Positions 12,401-24,272 of a DNA stretch of 64,000 nucleotides are shown here, piece after piece; within the stretch, counting starts at the first letter, position 1; each line of letters begins with the position of its first letter. The DNA is from Phoronis australis (Eukaryota; Animalia; Phoronida). Below the pieces are notes generated by a model. It did not search any database. It had not been told where the DNA came from and saw only the letters and a list, made by a program, of their open reading frames with translations. The stretch spans positions 280,015 through 344,014 of the forward strand of contig NMRA01000203.1 in the NCBI GenBank assembly GCA_002633005.1, given 5' to 3'. Made by a program: the position numbers and the translations under genes.

Positions 12401-15400
12401 TTTACTCTGCAACATACTCATCGCGTACCCCCAGGCCAAATAAATTACCATCATATATAATAGTCTTCACTATTTTGTTTGCACACAAGTAGGGTAATAT
12501 TAGGAAGTGCCTGAAACAAATGACCGTTTCATGTCTCNNNNNNNNNNNNNNNNNNNNNNNNNNNNNNNNNNNNNNNNNNTATTAGACATACATGCTTCCA
12601 CTAACTACTTGTCTCTATTAGACATACATGCTTTCACTAACTACTTGTCTTTATTAGACATACATGCTCCACTAAGTACTTGTCTCTATTAGACATACAT
12701 GCTTTCACTAACTACTTGTCTCTATTAGACATACATGCTTCCACTGACTACTTGTCTCTATTAGACATACATGCTTTCACTAACTACTTGTCTTTATTAG
12801 ACATACATGCTCCACTAACTACTTGTCTCTATTAGACATACATGCTTCCACTAACTACTTGTCTTTATTAGACATACATGCTTCCACTGACTACTTGTCT
12901 CTATTAGACATACATGCTCCACTAACTACTTGTCTCTATTAGGCATTAGGAATTTTTTATTTTTTATGTGGCACACTTGCATTTTTGAAATAATTGTGTT
13001 TGTAATGTCTGTAAAAACATGTAGTGGTTGTCTTGGATGTTTGAAAATCTTTCATTAGAACCAGTGAAGATATAGAGATTAGAATTTTATTTTAACTTGC
13101 GTTGAATTGTTCCAAATATTGCGTAAGAATATTAAGCAGCTTCGAACAGCCTGCATTCAAGGCGCTTGCCTGCACTGTCAGTAATTAGGCTGCTATGCTG
13201 TTTACAGTAAGCAAAAAAATCAGACAAATACCATTTCCCTTTCTAATTCTGTTGACAGCAAAAAATAGCTGGTAATAAATGTTCATGTGGCAAAATGTTA
13301 ATTGCAGAATTTCTTGGCCACCTTACTAAATAAATGCCGTTATTCTCTTTTTTCTGAGTCATGAGAGAATTAGACTATAGCTCTTACGATGAATTTGGCT
13401 GTTACAATGGGGAATTCCATGTCACTTTGTTTCAATTACTGTTGGCTTCCACTGTGTGTGTGTGTTATTATGTACCACAATATAAACTGTTTTCCAGGAT
13501 GACATCTCTGATGTCACTGTTGTTGAAGGTTCGAGTGAGCTTCTGTTCAACCAGTCATCAAGAATTGTGAATTCCGAAGAAATTGTGGTTGACTTGACGA
13601 ATCTCAGTGAAGATGAGGTAATGCCCTAAATGTTACAGACACAACGGTTGCCATGCTGTGAATATTCTCACTAAACAAGATGACGTCACAACCCCACTGA
13701 TCAGGCAAAACTGTGGGGTTTGGCAAATTGAACTAGACCGTATTTATCTGCCTTGGCTGTGTTGCGCTCAGCTCACGATCAAAGGAATCCCGCCTAGCTG
13801 CTGTATTCATCGAGTCACGAGCGAGGTTAGTTGGCTTCGCTCATGCGGATACGATCAGCTGATTACAATCTAGCCTAGATGACCGTACTTTTTATGAAGA
13901 GTGATTTACGAAGTTTATTATTTATTTATTTATTAATGTAATATTTACAATGAGGGTATCCCCATCAGTTCACACTGCTTTCCATGGGGGCCCTCAGTAA
14001 AAAACAAACAGATAGTAAGACAAAAACAGAATTACAAAATGAAAGACAAATTTAAGTAATAAGCAAAGAATAAGAAATTAACATGGAAAGACTGATGAAG
14101 CAAAATAAAAATAAAATATGATAAATAAAAGATAAAGAAATTAAGACAAGATAATTAGCTAAAAATATAAATATCAATATAAAAAATTAAAACAGACAAT
14201 AAATAATTAATAAAAGTAAGACATTATATAAATAACAAATGAATAAAAATGCAATTCTTAGACACTGCATGGAGTTAAATCTATTTCTTATAAGTCTTTT
14301 AAAGGTTAGAAAGGATGATGTAGATTTGGCATCTGCAGGGAGAGAGTTCCATAAAAAGAGCCCGCTGTAGGAAAATGATTTTTTCCCAGTCTCGCTTCTG
14401 CGTTTAGGAAGATTGAAATCAGGTGATGATGAGGACCTAGTATTGTAGCGATTAGTAGTCATCTTAAACTTAGCACATAAGTAAGATGGGACAAGACCTT
14501 TAAAACATTTGTACATACAACATGCAGATAGGAATTGATGTCTTTTGTGAATTTTCATTATACCAGTTTCTTTATGAAGGTTTTCGATACTAATATCTCT
14601 AACACCAGCTCCCAGAATTATCCGGGCAGCCCTATTTTGGATAACCTGGATGGTTTTCATATCCTTGCCTGATGCAACACCCCACACCGGGAGGCAATAA
14701 TCTAGGTGAGGTTGAATGATAGCATTAAAAAGGGTTTTCAGTGTTGCTGTGTTAACGAATTTACTGGTGCGTTTTAATACGCCAATTTTCTTAGACACCT
14801 TTTTCAAGATATAATCATGTCGTGAACACATCCACTAAAACAAGAAGCTGTAGGAACACCGCATTTATCCACCTTCACTCTTATCAGGCTTCTATTGTGA
14901 GTCAGCATGCGTGAATAATTGGCTNTTAACGAATTTACTGATGCGTTTCAATACACCAATTTTCTTAGACACCTTTTTCGAGATATAATCAACGTGGTGA
15001 AAGAATTTAAGATTTTGATCATATATAAGTCCCAGATATTTAAAGAAATTGACGTTCTCAATTGGTCTTCCATCCATAGTTAATGACAGGGTTTGGTTTC
15101 TAAGTCTTTGGGATGTGCCAAATAGAAGAGTTTTTATTTCAGAAGCATTTAATGATAGTTTATTGGATACAAGCCAATCTGAAATGATTACTAAATCAGA
15201 GTTGAGATTGGCCTGGATTTCAGATGAGGTTCTGCCTGCAGACAGTATTGTTGTGTCATCCGCATAGAGAACAGTCTTAGAATACTTCCTGTACTATTTC
15301 CGGTTTTCCAGTGGGCAGTTTTGAAGCAAATTTTCAATAAACATTACAAACAAACAAGTTGATATAGTACCTATATTTGGAGAGCTCATGACTGAACCAT

Positions 15401-18400
15401 ACGGGTTCTAAAATCTTTAACCAAAATGGCTCATTTTCTAAAAAAACGAATAGTGATATTATCGACTATTTATTTCTTAATTATTTTCCGACCATGTTGA
15501 AATACATTATACATTGTATCTTGGACTGTATGAAGTCGAGAATAGTTGCTTCGAAGAGATCAACCAGAAAACTTCCTCTAGTACATCTGGGGTGAGTCCC
15601 ACAGTACCCCCCCCCCCCGGCGAGGAAGGCCAATCCTCCAGAAGGTTCCAAGCTTAGCTTCTGCAATTCCTTCGGTTTTTATCTTGGTTTGAGGCACTGC
15701 CTCTGGATACCATAATCGACGGGGTGATACTATATCGGTTGCCTGTCTATGCAGGTCCAATCAAATCATCAATCATACGCCGTGGTGGTTCTTCCATGAG
15801 TGGCACCTCACACAAAACAGGTTTTACATCCTGACCTTTGGAGTTGTCTGCTGACATGTTTCACGTGAATGCATCGATTAACATCACTAAAAAGTCCTGC
15901 CAATAATTTTTGTTGCTGGTCTGTGTCACGACATGATACTCACCGGCTATTGACACGTGAGCGTAGTGTGATCAGCATACAGTCTTCACATGACTTCTTA
16001 AGTTTCTCATGTCAATATTGACCTACATCACGTGTCCTTGCTGCCTTGTTTGTCTAAGCAGTTCCAAGCCCATAGCCAGCATTGCGCAGGGGGTGGTGGT
16101 TCGAATGTCTTGAACGGTGGACCTTTGATACTTTGCCGCAACGTCGACACTTTGGAGTTTTCATTAAGGCCCTCAGTTGGCGCAGCTTAATCAGGGGGAA
16201 GGGAAATTTGTTTTCACAACGATGACTCATAGTTCTATGTTTTTGAGATGAGACGGAATTAGTAGGCCTAATGAGGATGCCGTGACGGCTCGCCGGTTCC
16301 CCGCGTGACGCTAGGTGGTAGCCAGCACGCAGGTATAGCACGCGCTTTCTCACTGGTTGATGTAACCTCGACAGTCATTGGTTAGCTTTACAACAAAGTG
16401 AGAAAATGGCGGACTATGGACGATTTTAGCCTTGTCCGTGCAAGTGGCGTAGCAGCAATAATTTTGTTTCTGCAGTAGGCCTACAGTAAGGGGTGGGAGG
16501 TAGGATTCGCCTGAATCCGAGGCGCGTAGGGAAGGTCGGGAGGGAGTTCCTTCTCCTGTGTAAGACTCTGTTTGGTTTTTAGTACCTGATTTTGTTTACC
16601 TGGTGACATTTTTTTAATTTTTATTTTTGATCCTGTCCCGAGGGAGCGTTTGAACNATTTTCCATACCCCACCGTTTACCTTAACCACTGGGATTAGAAC
16701 CAATTTTATTTAGTGGGAATGTTCATAGCATGATCAACGTGGTGAAAAAATTTAAGATTTTGATCATATATAAGTCCCAGATATTTAAAGGAATTGACAT
16801 TCTCAATTGGTCTTCCATCCATATTTAATGACAGGGTTTGGTTTCTACCTCTTTGGGATGTGCCAAGTAGATTTAGAAACAGTTAAGGATAGTTTATTGG
16901 ATACAAGCCAATCTGAAATGATTGTTAAATCAGAGTTGAGATTGGCCTGGACTTCAGATGAGGTTCTGCCTGCAGACAGTATTGTTATGTCATCCGAATA
17001 GAGAACAATCTTAGAATTTTGAATTACTGAGGGGAGATCATTGACAAAGATGCAAAATAACAAGGGCCCCAGTATAGACCCCTGGGGAACACCTGTTTTA
17101 ACGGTTTTGAGATCAGAGATATCTTTGTCGACACGGGTAGCTTGAGTTCTGTTACAAAGATAATCCTGAAACCACTTGGCTTCCACACCGGTGACCTCAT
17201 AGGCTTTAAGCTTCTTTAACAAGATAGTGTGGTCGACGGTGTCAAATGCTTTCATTAGATCAATAAAAACAGCACCAGTCAATAATCCTTGATCCATATT
17301 AGAATAAATATGGTCAGTAACGTCAATGTTAGTAGTTAATGTTGAATGGAGTGGTCGAAAACCAGACTGGGCATCAGACAAGAGGTTTTTAGTTTGGAAG
17401 TAAGAATGAAGTTGTTTGTGGACCCATTTTTCAAGGATTTTTGATATAGATGGTGAAATATTGAAATGGGTCTGTAATTTTTTCAGCATGATTTGTCACC
17501 GTCTTTGAAAAGTGGAGTAACAACGGCTGATTTCCACTCTGATGGTATGGTTGATGTTTTTAATAATAAATTGATCAGTGAACTAATGGACTGAGAGATT
17601 GTCTCAGTAGATAGTTTAAGGATTTTAGTACTGATGTTTAGTTTAGTTTTGAGTGTACAGTAATATTTGAAAAGAGGAGAGAAAAAAATGTTGGTACAAC
17701 TTTGAATTTTTCAAATTGGCCCAGAATAAGAGATTTAGCAACACAGCCAACACTCACGATTGCTTTCATTCGGCGCGCATGAATACAAAAATAAAGGAAC
17801 CAAGTTATTTAGATTTTGGAACGCATGCATTGCAATATTCAAAAAACATTTTTTTAGCTCTTACAAGCTGTAAAACGACGTTGTTTAATTTCATTGTGCA
17901 CATTCATTGTCATCTGTCAAATCAGGAATTTCCGAGTTATGATCTGCAGCGTGCACGTATGTTTACAAAACACGGGATTGTTATGTTCCTGAAGTAGGCC
18001 TACGAACATTAAGAAACTTTAGTATGCCGTTATTATTGACAGGAACACGATAAAACGAATTTGGATTTTGACGATAGTCTTTTTACAGCGAGCTGGCTGA
18101 CTATAGGTACCACTGCATCAATGTCTCCATTAGACCCAGAAATTTCACGCAGCTCTGGTAGTTCACCTCGTCACCTCGTCCCCAGCAGGTAGATCGAGCT
18201 TAGGACATTAATGATTTACTCCGCGGTAGGGCTAACGACCGTCGGCCTGTGCACACAAAATCTGTGAGTTAACCGGCACTTACCTTGCACGTTGTAGCCG
18301 TTTAAGTGAAAAAATCTAATAAACGCCATTTTCTTGCATAATCCTCCGCCTTTTGTAACAAAAGTCTGTCATCGATGACCTGCACGCGCTCCCTCACTCA

Positions 18401-21400
18401 CTCCAATACGCAGACAAACTTCAAAACAAACGTCACGTGACAACAACACGTGTGTTCATCCAGAGATTTTTCTCGCGTTGTGGGGTACGATGTAGCGCAA
18501 ATTTGGACATTTCGCAATTAATCTGGACTACACAATATGAACAAAAAAATGTAAAACATACGGAGGATTTCAGGTAATTTTTTGAGTCGAAACTGTATTT
18601 TTATTCAAGAATTCAAGTTTTCTTATCGACAATCACGATTCAGCGACGTATCAGTCGGCAAGTTTTCGCGGTGGGATTTCAGCACAATTTTTTGACAAAT
18701 GATCGTAATTTAACAACGGAGTTTGATAGCAATGCACCACAATTTTGTAGAAAGACTGTCATAGGCTACAAATACATCACAGAGTGTAAATTTGATAAAT
18801 CCTAGCTTCCGATTTTACCCATTTCGGAAACCGGGTTTTAACTGCTTTAGGCTACAATAAGCATCCCCTCCCCGTGGAATGAATTTTTCTAAGCGCCCGG
18901 TATACAGCTTTAGTTTCCACCAAGGCTAGGTGATGCTACGGCATATTTTTTGTTGCTTGTACGGATTGTTGCCAATTTTTTTCTTGTTTCCATAGCATAA
19001 TGATGGCGGAAATGAAAATGTTGCAAATTTGAATTTTAATGTTTGCATAATCCAGAAAATCAGAGGTCGGTAAACCAAGTTTTTTAAAACACTTTCAGCG
19101 AAAGACTAGCAGAAAATTGCCATGAAGGTATTAGCTATTCCATGCAGCATTATTGAACTGGTCTTGGCTAGTTATCATTTTATGGCCTGGTCATCCATTC
19201 AGCCAAAAGTAGTTCCATAGGTGGCTTATCAGCCAATTATTCATGCATTCTGACTCACAATAGAAGCTTGATAAGAGTGAAGGTGGATAAATGCTGTGTT
19301 GCTATAGTTTCTTGTGGTAGTGCATGTGTTCACAGCATGCAGACAGAATTTTTGCTGTGAACATTTTCAGAATTCTAGACCAACACCACATGATCCTTAA
19401 GGCTATTCACACTCAGTGATTCAGCCTGAATTAGGATGGTCTGTTGTTAACAAGTTCGTTTTTCTTTACCTTAGTTTCAAAAAACAACCCTTTGTAAATT
19501 AAAAAAAATCAGTTTGGTTAAAGCATCAAATTGAAATCACATAACTGAATTCACAGTGCACAATTTTAAGGTCAAAGTAATTTTGTCCTGAAAACGTCAC
19601 CTTTCTCATGGGATGAGTGTGGGGACTTCCTGGTGTGCCGGTCAGGATACAGCCTTGTTGTTATCAGTTTGACAATGGCAAACCCATGTTTTCATAGTCC
19701 AGCTCTCTTATTGTCTGCTTTCATCTGATGCTCATGTAATCCAGCAATTATGCTGTAACCAGCTGCCCCCGAGGCTAACCAATATTTAAAAATACTATTT
19801 GCGAACGATTTTCAACAAATGTCGTGAAGCAGATGTGTTTTGTATGAAATACATTCACCAAGAAACTTCAAATGGAGAAAAACGGTTGACTGTCAGAGAA
19901 ATTACACTCAACTTTTACCTGTTGATTCCTATGTGTGAATGTAAGCTCTGACCAGCTTGTATTGTGTACCAATTAACACAAAAGGCTTGCTTGACAAGTT
20001 TAATCGAGCGTAATTCTAGATTAGATACTGATAGTGTAAATTTCCTGATTTTTACACTCCAGGAGAATGGTAGGTAATGGGTATTTATCAATATTTTGTG
20101 AGATTTTGACACATATTTCCCACTATGCAAATAATTAAATGCTTGAATGTCTAGGGTACATGAATTGTGTTGCCTTGAATGAATTTGGACTATCAATAGA
20201 ATGTTGAATGTCTTGGGTACTCCATGTATTGTGTTGCCCTGAATGTGTATGGATTATCAATAGAATGTTGAATGTCTTGGGTACTCCATGTATTGTGTTG
20301 CCCTGAATGTGTATGGATTATCAATAGAATGTTGAATGTCTTGGGTACTCCATGTATTGTGTTGCCCTGAATGTGTATGGATTATCAATAGAATGTTGAA
20401 TGTCTTGGGTACTCCATGTATTGTGTTGCCCTGAATGTGTNNNNNNNNNNNNNNNNNNNNNNNNNNNNNNNNNNNNNNNNNNNNNNNNNNNNNNNNNNNN
20501 NNNNNNNNNNNNNNNNNNNNNNNNNNNNNNNNNNNNNNNNNNNNNNNNNNNNNNNNNNNNNNNNNNNNNNNNNNNNNNNNNNNNNNNNNNNNNNNNNNNN
20601 NNNNNNNNNNNNNNNNNNNNNNNNNNNNNNNNNNNNNNNNNNNNNNNNNNNNNNNNNNNNNNNNNNNNNNNNNNNNNNNNNNNNNNNNNNNNNNNNNNNN
20701 NNNNNNNNNNNNNNNNNNNNNNNNNNNNNNNNNNNNNNNNNNNNNNNNNNNNNNNNNNNNNNNNNNNNNNNNNNNNNNNNNNNNNNNNNNNNNNNNNNNN
20801 NNNNNNNNNNNNNNNNNNNNNNNNNNNNNNNNNNNNNNNNNNNNNNNNNNNNNNNNNNNGGGGGCCGCCATCTTGAAGAAGAGTGCAGCTACAGCCAAGA
20901 AAGTGGCCTTTTTTTATTCACAGCATGTTCACAAATACAAACAAACCACATTCACTGAGCCTACGTGCAATGCCCACCTACAAAATGCCCCCAAACTTGG
21001 CCTACCCCAAAATTTCTATATTTTGGGAGTGCAAATTGGCCGCGGCCGCAGCCTAACTATTCAGTGCCTCCTGAATGTGTATGGACTATCAATCGAATGT
21101 TGAATGTCTTGGGTACTCCATGTTTTGTGGTGCCCTGAATGTGTATGGACTATTAATAGAATGTTGAATGTCTTGGGTACTCCATATATTGTGTTGCCCT
21201 GAATGTGTATGGATTATCAATAGAATGTTGAATGTCTTGGGTACTCCATGTATTGTGTTGCCCTGAATGTGTATAGACTATCAATGTTGAAAGCTGTGGT
21301 TATCAGGCAAGATTGCTAAAATTCTAAATGTGTCTTCACAGTTTCGGAAGTCTATATCTCTTAGATCTCAAAAATATTCCCTTTTATTTTTATTTTTAGG

Positions 21401-22951
21401 TGAATCGTTCCTTTTCCCAGATGTTTGTTACAAAAACCAAAGGGAATCCAAAAAGCAGTAAGTCATATCATTTTGATGCCAATTTACATTTATTTGTGTA
21501 ATCCAGCTAAAATTGCTAATAGATAAAGCACCATCCTTCCAAAAAAATACAATATTCACAAGGTGCATATAGTTATCTCTGTTTTTCATTGCCATCCTTA
21601 GCTATTTTTAAATGCAGAATTTATTTATTAAGTATGCAAAATGATTCAGACAACTTAGTGGCAAAGCCTTACAAGTCTTTTTCGTTTTTGCTGCTTTGAC
21701 CCGTTTGAACATTTGATTTTACTAAACGCACATGGGTAGATTTGCTCAGAAACGTGGTCACATATTATTGTAGTGTATGACTGAGGTAAAACCATTTCAG
21801 ATTTTTTTTACTTTTCTTCAAACAACAAAGTCTTGAAAAGTGGGAATTCGTTAAGGATTTGAATGAGTGATACCTTCGCTGTTTTAAAGCAGGGATTGTG
21901 ATTTTTTCGATCATCGAGGATCACAAATAAAATGGTTGAAAGTAGAAATTTAAAAATAGTTATTTGGTTGTCAGTTGAGTGTAATGCTATTAACTCTTAC
22001 GTGCTGACATACAATAAATGGTCTTAAAACTTTGGTGCAGTTTCTTTGAAATTGAAGAAAAATTAGTGAACAACCTTAGGTTTAGTGTGGAAGTCTAGGA
22101 AAATATCTAAATTTGGCTATAACTTGGGAACATGATATTTCAGACATGGCTTATTGAATTGATCCAATGAAACTTTCAGTACTGCATTTCATGCACTATT
22201 ATCCACATGTGGAGAATTTCTTGCTTACACTGGTCACCTTAGACAACTTTTATAATGTCTAATAGCATACCCTTTGTATGAGCTAATGAAGTGGAATTAT
22301 GATAATCCCTAGCACTACTTTCTCAACAGTGGTGGTTTTTATTACATGGAAATTGGTTTTCTGTGACATTCTTTGCGCAGAGTTACCAGCTGAAATGTCA
22401 AAAGTACCGGTTTGATGACATTTTAGATATTAGGAAATAACTAAAAACGAAATCTTGGGTTCATCTTCACACAAAGGGCCATTTCCCGAATCATCGTTTG
22501 TTTTAAAAATGATTCAAAACAGTTGTCCTCATTTTATTTGTAATACTCCAGCCTACTTCTTGTTTCCTGCCAAGTTGCTACCTTTTAATTTTGTTTTTAA
22601 GCTTGAAATGCCAAGTAATTTTCCAGTTAGCTTGTTACTCCTCGAATAAAAAGTAGTTCGACATGACTAGGTGATAACCATTGTCTTTAAAGCTAATTTG
22701 GTCTCAGTGTGCTGTGGCTATTTCATGTAAATAAATGTAGTTTACTAAAAGAATGAGCCGTGTAATGATTGTTAATTATGATCAGCGTTTGTAAATCCTC
22801 CGAGTACATTAACATGCGTGCTTGTTTATCTTCATTCCGTAACCAGTGTTTGTAGTTTTTAGCTTATTAATTCATCGATTAATAAAAATCAAAACCATAT
22901 TTCACGTTTTTTCCAGCTGAATACTGCCGGTTATTGGTTTATGCATTTTGA
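415..22951 (+). CDS. 3' part of an unidentified multi-exon gene encoding an acidic/Ser-rich, probably disordered region with SIM-like motifs
   Basis: Phase-compatible GT-AG exon chain: ~415-613, 1257-1305, 2275-2447, 8467-8504, 10210-10305 (duplicate 11948-12043), 13498-13617, 21400-21457, possible last exon 22917-22951. It reads ...QSQKAELCKTPVSSEKQPFEWLLSNLSCL...NDDTNGDASTRASSSLNKTAGGAEARAFQPRCLTSTPVKD...DDISDVTVVEGSSE...EEIVVDLTNLSEDEVNRSFSQMF... No family recognised; the first acceptor and last exon are uncertain. Confidence 0.55.
2665..2840. repeat. 57-bp tandem repeat, 3 copies
   Basis: ttttaacagta...ttctttgtgag.ggagaattatcttctgatatcactta at 2665, 2722 and 2779. Confidence 0.9.
3073..4585. 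repeat. ~750-bp near-identical tandem duplication, probable haplotype/contig overlap
   Basis: 3073-3821 repeats at 3823-4585 with a single N (3822) exactly at the junction; the copies differ by a few substitutions and two small indels. Confidence 0.85.
4065..5321 (-). mobile_element. Helentron-associated non-autonomous element (HINE/DINE-1-like) with ~430-bp internal tandem repeats
   Basis: Subterminal inverted repeats actctgcgcgtg (4103) and cacgcgcagagt (5305-5316). Hairpin actctgcgc..gcgcagagt and an (aataag)n microsatellite at one end; hairpin ttattgtcac-ggc-gtgacaataa (4077-4099) and a CTAGTTT terminus (minus strand) at the other. Partial second copy at 3301-3821. Confidence 0.7.
6331..6400 (+). 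pseudogene. tRNA-like sequence (tRNA pseudogene or tRNA-derived SINE head)
   Basis: A-box tggtgtagtgg, B-box ggttcgaaacc and acceptor-like pairing gctgag/ctcggt; the anticodon stem does not pair, so it is unlikely to be a functional tRNA. Confidence 0.6.
7385..7830 (-). mobile_element. Decayed L1/Tx1-clade LINE ORF2 (RT) fragment
   Basis: Frameshifted peptides ILQNVDDT..LDGSE, KGLKPNTEKTQCVW, LHAWSRQSLMTLGKVTV and KLTHLFITL match the L1/Tx1 RT pattern (YADD, GLKxNxxKT, WxxRxLTxxGKxxV). Confidence 0.7.
8778..12303. repeat. ~1.75-kb tandem duplication (8778-10565 and 10595-12303) that includes a coding exon
   Basis: Colinear copies with scattered substitutions; N at 10566 at the junction; the first copy has an extra ~80-bp internal unit near 9700-9790. 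Confidence 0.9.
8996..9945. mobile_element. Foldback/MITE-like element with modular subterminal repeats (second copy 10820-11682)
   Basis: Left end has repeated (ca)gtgagaat motifs and right end has repeated attctca(ctg) motifs in inverted orientation; no ORF. Confidence 0.6.
12580..12945. repeat. 35-36-bp minisatellite adjoining a gap
   Basis: Unit tattagacatacatgcttccactaactacttgtctc, about 10 visible copies. Confidence 0.95.
13915..14812 (-). mobile_element. CR1/L2-group LINE 3' end (ORF2 C-terminus, 3' UTR and tail)
   Basis: ORF 14187-14831 has FNAIIQPHLDYCLPVWG, QNRAARII and KSFSYSGLFLWNSLP; the 3' UTR ends in gagggcccccatggaaagcag...gggataccctc followed by an (aaat)n tail. Confidence 0.9.
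14926..15283 (-). mobile_element. CR1/L2-group LINE RT fragment
   Basis: LYADDT motif and FKYLGLIYDQNLKF; overlaps in sequence with both neighbouring LINE pieces. Confidence 0.85.
16735..17640 (-). mobile_element. CR1/L2-group LINE RT core, degenerate
   Basis: QSGFRPLHST, VFIDLMKAFDTVDH, GVPQGSILGPLLF and LYSDD, with small frameshifting indels. Confidence 0.92.
20140..21286. repeat. 64-bp satellite interrupted by a gap and a ~200-bp unrelated insert
   Basis: Unit tatcaatagaatgttgaatgtcttgggtactccatgtattgtgttgccctgaatgtgtatggat at 20191, 20255 and onward; resumes after ~21065. Confidence 0.92.
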
Positions 22952-24190
22952 AAATGTGCCACTATTTACAGGCAGTTATGTTTACTAGCAGTTTCTGGCT
23001 GCCAATTACACTTAATTGGGTCTTACTCACACTGGACAATGCAGTCATCACAACAACATCCAACTCTGACGCTGCGCTCGCTTTGATCCCGGTGCAAGCT
23101 GCTCCAAACAAGGCTGCGAAGAAGCAACAGTGAAAATTCCTGCATATCTTTAGAAATGCACATTTTCCTTTTAGCGAATTATTCATGACATAAGGAAGTT
23201 CGTGTTTCGAATTGTATTTAAAATTTCGCACTTTAACAAGAGGGCTCTAAAAATTGTGACTTATGGTTTTAGAAAACTGTACCAACATGTTAGTTTAAAA
23301 TTTCATCTTGAATGTTTTTGAAATGAAATTTGGTCACGTTTGAATCATTTATTTTGCTACGAATGCTTTCTTTTGTTGCTAAATTGTAATGATTCACATG
23401 ACCCAATTAATGGCAGACTGGTATTTGGTCAAAAAGCAAATTTTAGAGTGAGACTTTCTAATTTTCATAAAATATGTACTTACTGAATTAAATTCTATAG
23501 TTTTGTAGATATATGGCTAAATGTTCAAACTTGTTGATAAGGTCCCACATAACCTTAAATTAATACGAGTCAAAATCCAACTATTTATTAATAAATACTT
23601 GCTGGCAGCTGACAAGGGGCAGTTGGCTTGTTGGATTACTAGAATGTAACTCCGATGGATTCAATATTTCAATGTATGTGTGAAGTGGTTTCCAAGGAAT
23701 GGCTGAAAAAATAATACCTCCACCAAACATTCATAATGCAGACGTGACTATACATATAGTTGAACTCTATAGACTTATATCTATAAGCCCGTCATCCATT
23801 ATAAAGACTGACTTTTCATTTATGAAATTGGTCTAGGATAAATCCATTAAATTTACTGAACCATTCAATTGGCTGTGTGCTCAACTTACATTATATTTCC
23901 TGTTACATTTGACATTGCCCAACATGCCTTACTTACTGGCATTCCAGACATTCCAGACATTCCACAGTGCTGCATTGAAACATTCCAAGAAACACAAGTA
24001 GTCACAATTCCAAGGAAATCTAGGTCAGTCAAGTCTGGACAAAGACCATTTAGAACAAGTGCCTTCCCAGATGGTACGTTATGTAAAATAGTTGTCAAGG
24101 TTCCTCCAAATTTTGTGTATTAATGATCGTGATGACAGATGTGTCATCAGTGACAGAGATGAGACAATGGACTAGTGTTGCAGCAAGTGA

Positions 24191-24272
24191 CGTAGATTTG
24201 CTGTCATGATCGTAGATTTGCTGTCATGATCGTAGATTTGCTGTCATGATCGTAGATTTGCTGTCATGATCG
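24191..24272. repeat. 20-bp tandem repeat, 4 copies
   Basis: cgtagatttgctgtcatgat x4. Confidence 0.95.

Noticed and set aside
20257-21103. Long ORFs of 158-222 aa
   Set aside because: They consist almost entirely of X from the N gap at 20441-20859.
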